A DNA stretch of 63,282 nt, filler included, from Octopus bimaculoides (GCF_001194135.2; 5 parts of 5 records of this genome joined end to end with filler, not necessarily neighbours in it); one strand, 5' to 3'; positions 40,497 to 52,366 are shown, numbered from the whole stretch's first letter. Numbers and translations are program-made. Notes: generated by a model not told the origin, from the letters alone.

Positions 40497-40632
40497 TGAG
40501 AGAGAGAGAGAGTGCTAGGGTGAGAGAGAGAGAGTGCTAGGGTGAGAGAGAGAGAGAGAGTGCTAGGGAGAGAGAGAGAGAGAGAAAGAGTGCTAGGGTG
40601 AGAGAGAGAGAGAGAGTGCTAGGGTGAGAGAG
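40497..40632. repeat. Compound minisatellite [(GA)n-GTGCTAGGGT], about 5 units
   Basis: Direct: 'gagagagagtgctagggtgagagag' repeated with variable GA length. Confidence 0.9.
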
Positions 40633-40660
40633 ATAGAGATAAATAGACTGGGAGAGACAG

Positions 40661-40697
<37 letters not shown>

Positions 40698-41244
40698 GAG
40701 TGCAGAACGAAAGAAAAAGAAGTGAGAATAAGAAAGGTAGGGAGATAAGAATCTATGATGAAACCAAATAGGAGAGCTGCCAGATTACACAAGTGTCGTC
40801 ATTTTGTTCACTCTATGATCGTAGAGAAGATAGAAGAATGGGGAAATTAAGTAATTCATTGCATGTTGAAATTATTGGGCAGCTCGCCTTGTTGTCATTG
40901 TTGACAGATATATTCAAGGTTCAACCGTTTTCCTTATACTTGATGTTTGCATAATTTCATATGATGAAAGAGATTTTTCGTTGTTAGGTGGAGGTGTTGA
41001 TGTGATGTTAAAGTTGCTACCGGTAGTAGCAGCAATGGTGGCATTATCGTTTGTGATGGTGTTCTTGTTGTTGCTGGTGTTGGCGGTGAAGTATATGCGC
41101 CATTAAATTATTCATTTGTTACGTTGATTTTCAACATAGTGGAAATTCTATGATCTAGATATGATATAAGCAGACTCATATGTCATACTCACATGCTCCT
41201 AGACAATTGAATATTTGCGTATGTACATATAAGTACATCTCGAA

Positions 41245-41318
<74 letters not shown>

Positions 41319-42143
41319 AGTGTGTGTGTGTGTGTGTGTGTATAAATATGTGTATGTATATATATATATATGTGTGTGTGTGTATGTTTATATATATATG
41401 TGTACGTTAATATACGTATGTGCATGTATATATATGTGTGTGTATGTATATATATATATATATAGATATATATATATATACAAATACATACTAATGTTTT
41501 ATGTGTATGGGTATATTTATATATGTTTGTCTTCGTGCGTGTGTGTGTGTTTGTAGACAGTAGCGTGATGCAAATATAATTCCCACTTTTGAAAGTTTTA
41601 ATTTTGTTACTACTTGTGAAACAAACTTTTATTTTACTATTTTCTTGTGATATTCCATACTGAGGAAAACATTTCATTCTCGTCTATTGTAGACCTTCGA
41701 AATAAGTATGGAAAATGGCAAACACTAGAACGAGGTCATCGGAAACTACTCAAAATATTAACCAATGAATTCAACAGAAGAGAGTAAACCGGTATTTCTC
41801 AACCATGTTTTGCCTGTGGATCCCTTTCATTACTCCTTTAGTCGGATGGACTCCCATAGCCTCTCGATGTTTAAAAATTCCTATTACATTTTTAGGAAAT
41901 GTATAAAAAGATTGTTAAAATATTTTGTTATTGTAGAAGTATAACCAATTCATTACAGAAAGTTTTACCTAGAAAATCTTATATGGAGCCTGAAAGGCAA
42001 TAGGAAACTCCAAAGGCCTTCTGGATCCAGCTTGATATATATANNNNNNNNNNNNNNNNNNNNNNNNNNNNNNNNNNNNNNNNNNNNTTAATTAATTAAN
42101 NNNNNNNNNNNNNNNNNNNNNNNNNNNNNNNNNNNNNNNNNNN

Positions 42144-42201
42144 GTATTTGTCCCATCTTCGTTGAGCCCTGTGTGGCTAATAAAAGAAATGTATCTATCT
42201 A

Positions 42202-42252
<51 letters not shown>

Positions 42253-42294
42253 GTCTATCTATCTGTCTATCCATTTATCTATCTATCTATCTAT

Positions 42295-42341
<47 letters not shown>

Positions 42342-42600
42342 CCTTCTTTCCTTTCTTCCTTCTTTCCTTTCTCCCCTTCCTTCTTTCTTTGTGTGATTGT
42401 CCCCCACCACTGCATGACAACCGGTGTTGGTGTGTTAATATGCTTGTAACTTAGCAGTTCAGCAAATGAGACTGATAGACTAAATATCCAACTTAACAAG
42501 AAAAAAAAAAGTACTGGGGTCAATCCATTTAACTGGAAAAAAAAAGTTGTTTCATGTGGTGTCTCAGCATGGCTGCAGCGTAATGACTGAAACATTAAAA
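42144..42600 (+). mobile_element. SINE family B 3' part with a (TCTA)n centre
   Basis: 'ccccaccactgcatgacaaccggtgttggtgtg..cagcatggctgcagcgtaatgactgaaac'. Confidence 0.7.
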
Positions 42601-43049
42601 TGTTAAAAAAATAATTGTTAATTATTTTAGAATGATGTAGTAGGGTTGGTGTGAAAAACCAGATCTGGCCTGTTTGAACATAAAACATATAGGATAATTT
42701 GACTGGATATGGCAGGTTTAAATGCTAAAGGGTTAATATACTTAAAAATTTCTTTCCTCCTTCACAATATACATAGTCTTCTTTGCTTTTACTCTTTTCT
42801 TTTATTTCAATATTTTAAACCTTTTTAAGACTTTCTTTCTTTCTTTTTTTTTTTTAAAGATATATTTAAAAATCTCCTTGGGTACATCTTGATCTAATGA
42901 GAACTGTGTTCTATCCCTGTCCTACTATATACATAGCAAATAGATATTTAAGTTTTCATTTAGTACTCTTTTTTTCTCTCCAAATATTTCAGTGTTGTAT
43001 ATAGAAGTATTTTTTTAAAATCATGTCTATAAAACCTGTTCTTTTACAG

Positions 43050-43221
43050 CTTCTGTGCCTTATCAATTGGTTCCCACCTTGTCGTGAATATCAGTGCCAA
43101 TTTATAACGAAAATGCTTAGTGTGTGTGATAAATTTATGCTTAATGCTGAAAGCTTTCTAAATAATGAAGAAACTCATTGTTTGGCTCAAGCCGCTGTTC
43201 CAATTACTAAACTACACCTTG
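43050..43221 (+). CDS. CTBS-like (GH18 di-N-acetylchitobiase family) internal exon A
   Basis: cttttacag|...|gtaagt, 172 nt, phase 0 to 1. LLCLINWFPPCREYQCQFITKMLSVCDKFMLNAESFLNNEETHCLAQAAVPITKLHL(G) aligns with recalled human CTBS VTFDVAWSP..CYNY..ACDFLFVMSYD..ECIAAANAPYNQTLTG. Confidence 0.8.
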
Positions 43222-43479
43222 GTAAGTACGGTACTACAATTAAATTATTTTATTATTTCAAGCTTAATGTTGATGTTTTCTATCTCAAGAAGCTCATTGA
43301 AAAAATTTACATCCTATTTTTGATTTATAATCACTTCATTTTCTCTTTTAAACTTAATGAAGAAGAAATTATATAAGCTTACTTTTCTTTGAAATGAAAT
43401 GTTTTTAACAATATCACTTAGTTGTTATATGAATCATTTGGAAAACTGAAAACTCCATTTCACCATCCTAAGATACTTG

Positions 43480-43722
43480 GATAGTTTTCTAAATTGTATT
43501 TTCTTTGCAGTCACTATGACACATGTTCCTCGTCGATTGTACTCTTTATCATAAAACAGTTGTTTGATTGCAACATGTAGACTGTTTTTGCTTATGGTTG
43601 GGTAGTTTTCTGAATTATATTTTCTTTGGAGTCACTATGACACATGTTCCCTGTTGAATGTACTCTTTATGATAAAAAAAGTTGTTTGATTGCAACATGT
43701 AGACTGTTCTTTGCTCATGATT
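43480..43722. repeat. ~122-bp tandem duplication in the intron
   Basis: 'tagttttct..ttttctttg.agtcactatgacacatgttcc..tgtactctttat..agttgtttgattgcaacatgtagactgtt' occurs twice. Confidence 0.9.
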
Positions 43723-44069
43723 GACAATTGGTACAAACCAATGTTGTAAGATTTGAACTTTTATTGTTATAGTCAGCAGTTACACACAGTAACTTACCAT
43801 GTGGTAACTATGCCTTATGAAAGATCTAAAGAGACATTGTTACTTTCAACCTTGTTTCTTTTATAAACTGTTACTGGTTACCAGTTCAGGTATTTAGTAT
43901 AGTTGAACATTTAACGTAATCACTAGTATTTGTTGTTTGTGTTAGCAAGAGGTGAAAACAGATGTTAGCAAAAGCATGAGAATTCACTCAGACATACATT
44001 GACTAATTTAAGCAGTGTGTAGTAGTTGTTGCTTGCCAAGTATTTTTGATATTATTAATGTAGCCTCAA

Positions 44070-44268
44070 ACATGGTGAGCTAGCAGAATCATTACTGTAC
44101 CAGTTAAATGCTTAGCAATGTTTTGTCTGTCTCTACATGCTGAGTTCAAATTCCACTGAGGTTGACTTTGCTTTAATCCTTTCAAGGACAGGAGTCCTGG
44201 GGTTGATGTAATTGATTTACGCCCACCCCAAAATTGCTGGCCTTGTGCCAAAATTTGAAACCATTATT
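44070..44268 (+). mobile_element. SINE family A
   Basis: 'ggtgagctagcagaatc..gctgagttcaaattccactgaggttgactttg..aaattgctggccttgtgccaaaatttgaaacc'. Confidence 0.78.
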
Positions 44269-45749
44269 AATGTAGCCTCATTTTCTCTCCTCACTTTTAT
44301 AAATTTTTCTCTTTTTTCATTTATTTGTTTTTGGAAATCATTTCACTGTGACTGTCACCTCTGCATAACACATCTGTCTCACTTTTTGTGTATTTTTCCA
44401 AAGTGTAGAAGTTTATGTATCTTGGGGCTGTATTTATGAGTGATGGAAGGCAGGAGACTGAATGGAATGCTAGAATTGCAGGTGTTGGCACAATAACACA
44501 GTGTTACAAAATTTTTATTTTTTTGTCTTTGGTCAGTAAGTGTTATTTTCTATTTGCTTCTATCTAAAAATCAAAGGAAATGACTGTATTCCCTTCAAAC
44601 TTTGGTTTTCTGACCCGAAATTTGAAATTGACCTATTTTTCATTACATTTCTGACAGATTCAGTACCCAATTACTGAAGCAAAAATATCATTATAGCAAA
44701 TTTTCTGCTCAGTACCACAGATTTGTTTGTCAGTTACTTGACCTTAACTAGTTGAGCATTTCTTTGATGGCTGACAATATATGCATCTCCAATCACGAGC
44801 AGGTGTGGAGAGGGGTGCATCGTAGCCATGTGTTGAGAGGGATTCTTTGGGGTTTGAATGAATATTGTAACAAAAGCAAGGTTTGAAGGAAATAGCCATT
44901 TTTCATACATTCTATGGGTAAGCAAATAGGAAATAACAGCTGCTACCCGAGGATAAAAATCATGTTACTCATTGTAATATATGCACTCTCAAAAGAAAAT
45001 TGTTCCTTTTAACTTGGCTCAAGGATAAAGTATAGTCAATTAAATCAATGCCAGTATATTAATAGAATTTATTTTAGCAACTGCAGTCAGATAAAAAGCC
45101 AAGTCAATTCTAGCAGGAATTAATTATTTATGTGAATGGATAAAATTAATAGTAAGTTAAATGCTTTGCAATTTCTACTTTGCAAATTCTCTGACCTGTT
45201 TCTCTGAAAGTATTTTGTTCTGAGTTTAGTAGCTGATCATGTGTGTCATTCCTCTGGGATTGCTGCAATTCATACCAGTTAAATACCAAGTTCAAGTCAA
45301 AATACAGACCTCTCTCTCTTACTAATGCGGAAGTCAGATATCATAATTAAGGATTTTTTTTTTTCTTTCTGTATTCAAAAAATGTTTTTTGTCGTTGATT
45401 TTAAGTGTAGTATTGAACAAAAGAGCTTCTGCATAATCATACAGCATGCTAGAAATGGCAGTCAGATTTCACACAAATCAATATTTACAAACTTTACAAA
45501 TGAAAAGACAAAAATTGTGTTACACTGTGTAAGACACTATCTCCAGCATTCAAGTGTCAGAAGAGAAGAGGTTGGCAAAAAAATTCAAATTTGTTATCTT
45601 CAATTTGGTTTCCATACCTCTTGTTGAGTAATGACCAAAGGAATTGGATTGTGAATACAATTAGCTGAAATGGTGTTCTTCTGAAGGGTCTTTGGAGTAA
45701 CGTTACTCAATGGAATGTGTAGCTTGTTAACTTACTCAATGGAATGATT

Positions 45750-46070
45750 AGGGAGTCTCTCCAGGTTGAGCTGATACTTCCCCACTTTGGGAGGTCACAG
45801 CTCTGGTACTATGGACATGTGATTAGAATGTCACAGGAAAGAATTGAAAGAAGAATCCTTCAAGCCAAGCCAACTGGCAGGAAATCTAGGGGTAGACGAA
45901 CAAGATAGTTGGATAATAGCCATAGTCTCAGTTGGTCATGCTTGGGAATCCAGCCAGAAAATCTAATGATGATTGCTTCTGACAGGACCCTATGGAGGAA
46001 GTACCCGAGGACTCTCTCCCCACGACCATCCCAGGAATAGTGGACAGAGGAGATGGAAGGATACTTGTTC
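45750..46070 (+). mobile_element. RTE LINE 3' fragment
   Basis: RSQLWYYGHVIRMSQERIERRILQAKPTGRKSRGRRTR*LD..LGIQPENLMMIASDRTLWR. Confidence 0.75.
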
Positions 46071-46212
46071 ATGGTCACCTATCATTAGCTAAACATTTTT
46101 AATATTCATTCATTGTTCTTTGTAGTTAGTATAATATCAGTTGTCACACAAGTTATTTCAAGATAATTCTAAGGTAGATATTTAATTATTATTTTTTTTT
46201 TTTTGCTTTCAG

Positions 46213-46319
46213 GTTTTGATGAATATATGGTCAGTGGTGTTTCTCCTCAAAAATTTATTTTGAGTGTACCATGGCATGGCTACATCTATGACTGTGATAT
46301 TTTTAAACCCAAAGGAAAT
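46213..46319 (+). CDS. CTBS-like internal exon B
   Basis: Long polypyrimidine tract tttgctttcag|...|gtaagt, 107 nt, phase 1 to 0. (G)FDEYMVSGVSPQKFILSVPWHGYIYDCDIFKPKGN matches CTBS GYNDYIKMSINPKKLVMGVPWYGYDYTC (GH18 beta-7). Confidence 0.9.
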
Positions 46320-46399
46320 GTAAGTATATTAGTATTTTTCTATCATTTATAATACGTTAAAACATCATTACATGTTATTTATTATATCTGTCACAAGCA

Positions 46400-46570
46400 C
46401 CTACTACACTCTGTAAAGTGGTTGGCGTTAGGAATAACATCGAGCCATAGAAACCAAGCCAAAACAGACTATGGAACCTGGTGCTAACCCTGGCCTTGCC
46501 AGTTCTTGTCTAGCCATCCAACCCATGCCAGTATCGAAAATGGGTGTTAAATGTTGATGCTGATGAGTCA
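46400..46570 (+). mobile_element. SINE/RTE-tail family C (other copies ~51690-51860 +, ~53040-53180 -, ~56290-56548 +)
   Basis: 'gtggttggcgttaggaa..catc.agccatagaaacca.gccaaa..aacccatgccag..tgttaaatg(atg)n' recurs. Confidence 0.75.
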
Positions 46571-46918
46571 ATCTTCTCAGAAATTTATCTCTAGTTGTTC
46601 GATATGTCTACCCTTTAGAACATACGGCATTTATAGTTAAAGGGAGGTAATTCAACATCTGTAATATTTTCCATAAAGGGAAAAAAGTTTAATTTTATAA
46701 ATTCCAATGACTACTATCTTTACTTGATTAAAATAACTATTTTTACAACGATAGTTTCAATACAGATATTTATTTATTCATTTATTTTTATAAATGTTTT
46801 TCATGATAGTTTGAGGCAATAAATTTGACTTATTCCTCATTTTTCCATCTAACATTTGATGTCATTTACAAATTAACTATATTTAAGAATCATAAAAAAT
46901 ACGTTAAAAAAATTATGA

Positions 46919-47211
46919 TTGTGAAATATAACGTATTTTGAATGGCACAACAATGCAAAGTGGACTATAATAACTGTTATAATTTAATTATTCATAGTCT
47001 GATATAATATTTTGGAATATAAAAATTCTTTCTTCAGATATTGCTAGAAATTGATTGATTATAGCAGTGACTCGATTAATTCCTAGCGATATCTGAAGAA
47101 GGAGTTTTTATATTCCGAAATATTATATCAGACTATGAATAATTAAATTATAACAGTTATTATAGTCCACTCTGCATTGTTGTGCCATTCAAGAGACATT
47201 ATATTTCACAA
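46919..47211. repeat. 293-bp foldback: 134-bp arms, 9 mismatches, 25-nt loop
   Basis: 46919-47052 is the reverse complement of 47078-47211, including a 54-bp perfect run (agtggactataataactg...ataatattt). Confidence 0.95.
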
Positions 47212-47328
47212 ATAATACATAATGCTTCAAGCAAACTACAATACTCTAATTAATATGATGATAAATGAAAGTAAAGAAATGAATGAAAAATTTTACGAAT
47301 TAAATCGATATTATTTTTTTTCACTTAG

Positions 47329-47499
47329 GGTTCTCTTTATGACCAATGTTTTATGAGAAAGAAAAATGGGTCACAGACATGTGATTATGAACATTGTCGC
47401 CAAAAAATAAATATGAATAAAATGGCTGAGAATTATATGAAATATGAACGTGACAATACCTGGAATACTGTTTATTTGGCTCCATATTTTAATATTAAG
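47329..47499 (+). CDS. CTBS-like internal exon C
   Basis: ttttttcacttag|...|gtaaaa, 171 nt, phase 0 to 0. GSLYDQCFMRKKNGSQTCDYEHCRQKINMNKMAENYMKYERDNTWNTVYLAPYFNIK; the end matches CTBS WDKDQRAPYYNYK. Exons A+B+C give 450 nt with no stop. Confidence 0.85.
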
Positions 47500-48419
47500 G
47501 TAAAATTCTCTACAGTTACTTTGTTTTTTTTTTTCAAACTAATTAGTTTTTAAGAAGTTGTGTTTTGTATCTATTGACCACCATGGCTTACTATTCACAT
47601 TTCCATACTTCATTAGAGTGACTAGAATTAAAGTAAAATGGTAATTTTTGTCCTTACATTTTCAGCTCAAGTCATTATCACCTATTCCATCTTCTATGAG
47701 TAACATCTTAGACTTTGGACTCATTGAAATTTTTTATGCTTGCATTTTTCACCTCTGTCAATCCTTGGTATTTGCTTTCATAAAAATTCTACAATGATTT
47801 GCAATTATAACATTACATAAGTGTAGACATGGCTTTGTGGTTAAGAAGCTGAACTTCTTAACCACTTGGTTTCAGGGTCATTCCTATTGTGTAGCAGCAT
47901 CCTGGGCAGGCATCTTCCACTATAGCTCCCACACCAGGCTGACTAAAGACTTATGTGTAAATTTGGTGGATGGAAACTGAAAGAAAAACCTATTTAAATA
48001 TGTGTGTGCATGTGTGTGTGTGTCAGATTACCCAACATGTGTCAGCATGGAAAATGCATGTTAAATTATGATGATGACATATGTATATGATATATATGTG
48101 TCCATGCATGTGTGTGTGTTTGTGTGTTTGTTTACATCTGCTGCTTGCTTATTTAAAAGTCATGATATTCTGTTCCTTCCAATACATTGTCCACTCACTT
48201 CATATATTTGAAGCTACATGGAATAAGAAAACCCCTTGCTTGAAAAACAGGCAGGTGTTAGTGATAGGAAGAGTATCCAGCTGTTTTACAGCTGGATACT
48301 CTCAGTAACATATTTTTCTAATCTAGTTGACACAATTCGGCCAGAACATCATTTCAATACCATTGTATAAACCCTCTCTCATTTATCTAATTCAGGTAAA
48401 CACACATCAGAATAGTTGC

Positions 48420-49033
48420 AATGAGGTGAGAGATAGCAACAAGTACAAGTACTTTGGTTAATTTTCAGTGGAAAAGGATGGGTTCACCAGAATTTGGTTC
48501 TCAATCTCCTATTCATCATAGTTGTCCCAGCCATAATAGGAGTTCAATACTGGTTGACCTTGGGAGCTGCTATATAGAGATAATTTCATTATTATGGAAG
48601 ATTTGGTTATAAAATTAGAAAAGAAATTACAGGTGGGGAAGGACCTTAAAGTTAATTTGCAAAGGCCAAAGTTTGAGTAAGCAAGAAAACAGACAGAACT
48701 CTACTGTTTTCAGGAAAATAGCCTGGCTTAATATGTAGAAATGGAGTTGGTAGAAATTCCATATGGTGTACCCAGTGCAAGCTGTAGACACAAGAGGTGT
48801 CTACAGGTTGACATAGAAAGTATGTGGCATATTTGCAGGATCTATAAAGATTAAGAACACGTGGGAAATATTTTCTTGAATGCCCTGGAGTAAACCTAGA
48901 GGTAGTAGATGGTTTTTGTTATGTAGGTAATCTAGCAGTGGAGGGAGATGTTTTGAAAGTATAGTAGCCAGAATAAGATCAGACTGGAGAAAGTTCAGAG
49001 AGCTACCGCCACTACTAATGACAAAAGTTTTAA
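48420..49033 (+). mobile_element. RTE LINE RT/PHD-like remnant
   Basis: VHQNLVLNLLFIIV; G*PWELLYRDN (decayed YADD); ICRNGVGRNSIWCTQCKL; LEVVDGFCYVG..SIVARIRSDWRKFRELPPLL. Confidence 0.8.
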
Positions 49034-49269
49034 ATATGGAGAAAAATCACGATCAACTGGTTAACCAACATGCATGTAAACACCTCTTGTTTTTCATTCC
49101 TGATTCCTGACATTATCTTCCAGTGATAGGAGATAGTCTCCCTTTAAGGGAGGAGTTACTTCCCCTTGACCATGTCCCCTCTTTTTCTTTTAGTACAGGG
49201 TTTTCAACCACAAAAGAAAATTATAATTGTACTGAAGATTCTTTAGGTTCTGATATAAAGACAAGAATC

Positions 49270-50460
49270 TTAACGGATGGCAACCCGTTTTTTTCCATGA
49301 AATCTTTGCAATTTTCTTTCTGCTTATCATTTCTCTCAAAATGGCCATCTTTATGTGAAGTCTTTTGTCTAAAATTTGTTTTGTTGAGTGTACCGCATCC
49401 CTGAGTACAAATTTCTAATATTTTCTTTTATCTGTGACAATTCCAATAAAAATTTTCTGTGAAAAAACATGCTTCTGCCATTTCAACCATTGCCTAAGTT
49501 TCTACAGTTAGAATACTTTTGAAAATTTTTCTAATGCATTTAGATTAAGTAATGGACATATAATTATTGTTGTCACTAGTATCAAAATAATAATATAACC
49601 TCCCAGGTTTTAGATTAGCAAAAAATCAATATATGCCACTATTTATAAACAATCAAGATATCCTAATTTTGGAAACACTATTTCTTTATTTCTGTTAGTT
49701 GTTTCAGTCACTATACTACGGCCATGCTGGGTCACTGCATTGAAGAATTTTAATTGACTCCAGTACTTTTTTTTTTCAGTCTGGTACTTACTCTATTGGT
49801 CTATTTTGTTGTACTGCTAAGTTATGGGGATGTAAACACTGGCTGTCAAATGGTGGTGGGAGACAAAGACACAGATACACACACACAACAAGTTTCTTTC
49901 AGTTTCTGTCTATCAAATCTACTCCCAAGGTTTTGGTCGGCCCAAGGCTATAGTAGAAGGCACTTGCCCAAGGTGCCATGCAGTAGGACTGAACCCCGAA
50001 CCATGTGGTTGTGAAGCAAACTTCTTACCACACAGCAACCCTAAGAATTTTTCCTGTCTTTCTTTATTGTTTTGTTAACTTGCTTAATATACTGTTTTCC
50101 TGTTTTAGAATGTTACTTAACTTACTAACATCACAATTCAAATATGGTCTAGTTTGTGTGGCTACCATCAGTAGCATAATTTTTGTAATCTCAATTGTGG
50201 ATATTGTATCTTCTAAGTTTTTGTTGTTTTCCATTAGAATATATTTAAATTTCTTTGCATATTCATCTTGTCCAAGTTTGATATCCTCACCTTTCTTTTT
50301 TAATATCTTATCCAACATACTGAAACCCTGCTACTTCTTCACTCTCAATTTTAAATAATTTATGGAGCCTGTCAATAACTTGTGTCTGAAAAACTTTTGA
50401 ACACTGAAAAGCAAAAATCATCAACATGAACGAGGAAAATCGTGTAAAAACTTCATAAAC
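49270..50460 (-). mobile_element. Ty1/Copia (GalEa-like) LTR retrotransposon RT-RNase H remnant
   Basis: IFLVHVDDF (50417-50428); FQTQVIDRLHKLFKIESEEVAGFQYVG; LGQDEYAKK; VATQTRPYLNCDVSKLS; RNase H DAVHSTKQILDKRLHIKMAILREMI..ISW. A SINE B is inserted at ~49680-50040. No LTRs were recognised. Confidence 0.75.
49680..50040 (-). mobile_element. SINE family B nested in the Copia
   Basis: 'cacttgcccaaggtgccatgcagtaggactgaacccc..aaacttcttaccacacagc'. Confidence 0.8.
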
Positions 50461-51863
50461 GCAACATCTTTTATTCGAGCAGTTTTAAATAAGTCACAGC
50501 TTTTTCACAGCTGGGATGGCTGAATTACCTTTGTAGTTTTGTTGCAATTTACACTTTATCAAGACTGCTTTTGGTGGTAATTTCTTTAACAAATTATATT
50601 TGATTACACTTACTCCTTTCTGGTAAATGTCATACAAAGGAAATATGGTACTAACCAGGTAAAGTACATTTTAACTGTAGTTTTCTTCTCAACATCATTA
50701 TGCAGTCATTTTCAGTGTTCAGGTACATTTTAGCTCTTTTCGCTGCAGCTCTGTTAAGTAAAAGTGGAAGGCTTGAACACTTGAAAATCATACGATCTAA
50801 TCTTAGTGAGTTTGCTTTTTCATCACCTCCATTTTTTTATTACAATGTGGAACAAAGTAGTGAAGGATGATCTCAAGTGTTATCAACATTTGGACAATCC
50901 TTCTGTGATGCCAGTTATCTTTCCATCTTCCCTCAACTTCATCCTTTTGACAATCATTCTTTATTCTTAACATTGTTTCATATCTGNNNNNNNNNNTGAC
51001 AATCATTCTTTATTCTTAACATTGTTTCATATCTGGCTTTGACCCCCCCCCTTCCTTTGCTACTCATTGTATTCACCTCATTCTATCTCTGACCTCCTAC
51101 ATTCCTGTCACTACATGATTTTCTTTCCTTCTTTCCCAGACTTGTAAACTTTTATCCGTCCACCCCACCCATCATCTCCCTATCTCCCATCCTTACCATA
51201 TCTGCTGCTCTTTTTTCTTTCTGTACTACCACTCTTCACCTCTCCTCCAAACTATTTATATTTTTTATCTTCTCTCTCAACTCATATTTACCATCAACTG
51301 TGCTTCCTCCTTTGTTCACCATTTGCTACATCCACCTCTGCCCCTTCTCAAACCATCTCTCACTCTCCTCCCACAGTCTTGAAAACTTAACCCATTCATC
51401 CTTCCTGATCTCCTGTCGTCACTGTCTCATTTATTGTTGTTATCTTATTTTGTACACTTGAGGGTATGTTTTAACACCTCATCACCACCATCTTCATCTC
51501 TCTTTCTAGTTCCACTCTGATTACTACTATCCATACTTACATAATGTTGAGTAGCTGTAGTATATAATGTTGAGTCCTGTCTTACTTTATAACCCCTCAA
51601 CACCTAACATAAAGCCAAATCCCTTTGTGAAGGGAGCTTTTTGGTCTTGCAGATTATATGGCAACTTCACTAGTGCTTGTGCCACAAGAAAAAAAAATTT
51701 CCCAGTCCACTTTGTAAAGTGGTTGGCATCCAGCTATAGAAACTATGTTACAAAGCAGGCATTGGATCTTGATGCAATCCTTTCATTCATTGAATCCTGT
51801 CAAACCATCAACCCTAAGGGAGATGGATGTTAAATGATGATAATGATGATGATGATGATATAA

Positions 51864-52366
51864 TCTATATAAATAAAAGTGAAATTCTGTCTGTCCGTCT
51901 GGGACCCTTGTATCTCAGTGTACATTTGCTTTACATAGACACATTATACCTTTTTGGAATCAGGATGATCCCGGGATTGAAAATCTGACCTTCATTTGGT
52001 TCTTGAACATCCAGCATTGGGATCTGATGTAGGAGCATTTGGGCTGCTATTTCTAGCAGCTTAGGCAACTGCGAGAGGTTTCAAACGGTTTATAAGAGTT
52101 ACCTCCCTTAGCTGTAATAATAAACGCGACATTCTGTGTTAGAAAACTGATCAAAACATTTTGAATTTAATAGCAAAACTTTGTAACAGTTACCTCCATT
52201 ACCTACTATAATACAATTAACGAAAGTCAAGGACAATCATTCAAAATAGTTAGGCTTCACCTAATGCAGCAGTGCTTTTCCCATGGTCAGCTTTATGTTG
52301 GGTTGTTCCAGAGTTGGAAATGGCAACAATCTCTTTGTACTAACACCAAATGGTAAAACCAAGAAT
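51864..52366 (+). mobile_element. Non-autonomous Helitron: 5' terminus plus PIF1-like helicase C-terminal remnant
   Basis: A|TCTATATAAATAAAAGTGAAATTCTGTCTGTCC start. 52213-52366 encodes TINESQGQSFKIVRLHLMQQCFSHGQLYVG/CSRVGNGNNLFVLTPNGKTKN (helicase motifs V-VI, one frameshift). The 3' end is not established. Confidence 0.8.

Noticed and set aside
46558-46595. CTGATGA...GAAA third hammerhead candidate
   Set aside because: No stem II, stem III or stem I pairing; the CTGATGA derives from the (gat)n tail of a family C repeat.
47666-47797. Candidate terminal exon just after exon C (ttttcag|LKSLSPIPSS...*)
   Set aside because: It has an acceptor and an open frame, but no resemblance to the GH18 C-terminal strand (WYD/WFE, GxxxW). 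It is unsupported without RNA data.
50948-51035. Perfect 39-bp direct repeat
   Set aside because: The copies flank a 10-N gap exactly, which is typical of unmerged overlapping contig ends.
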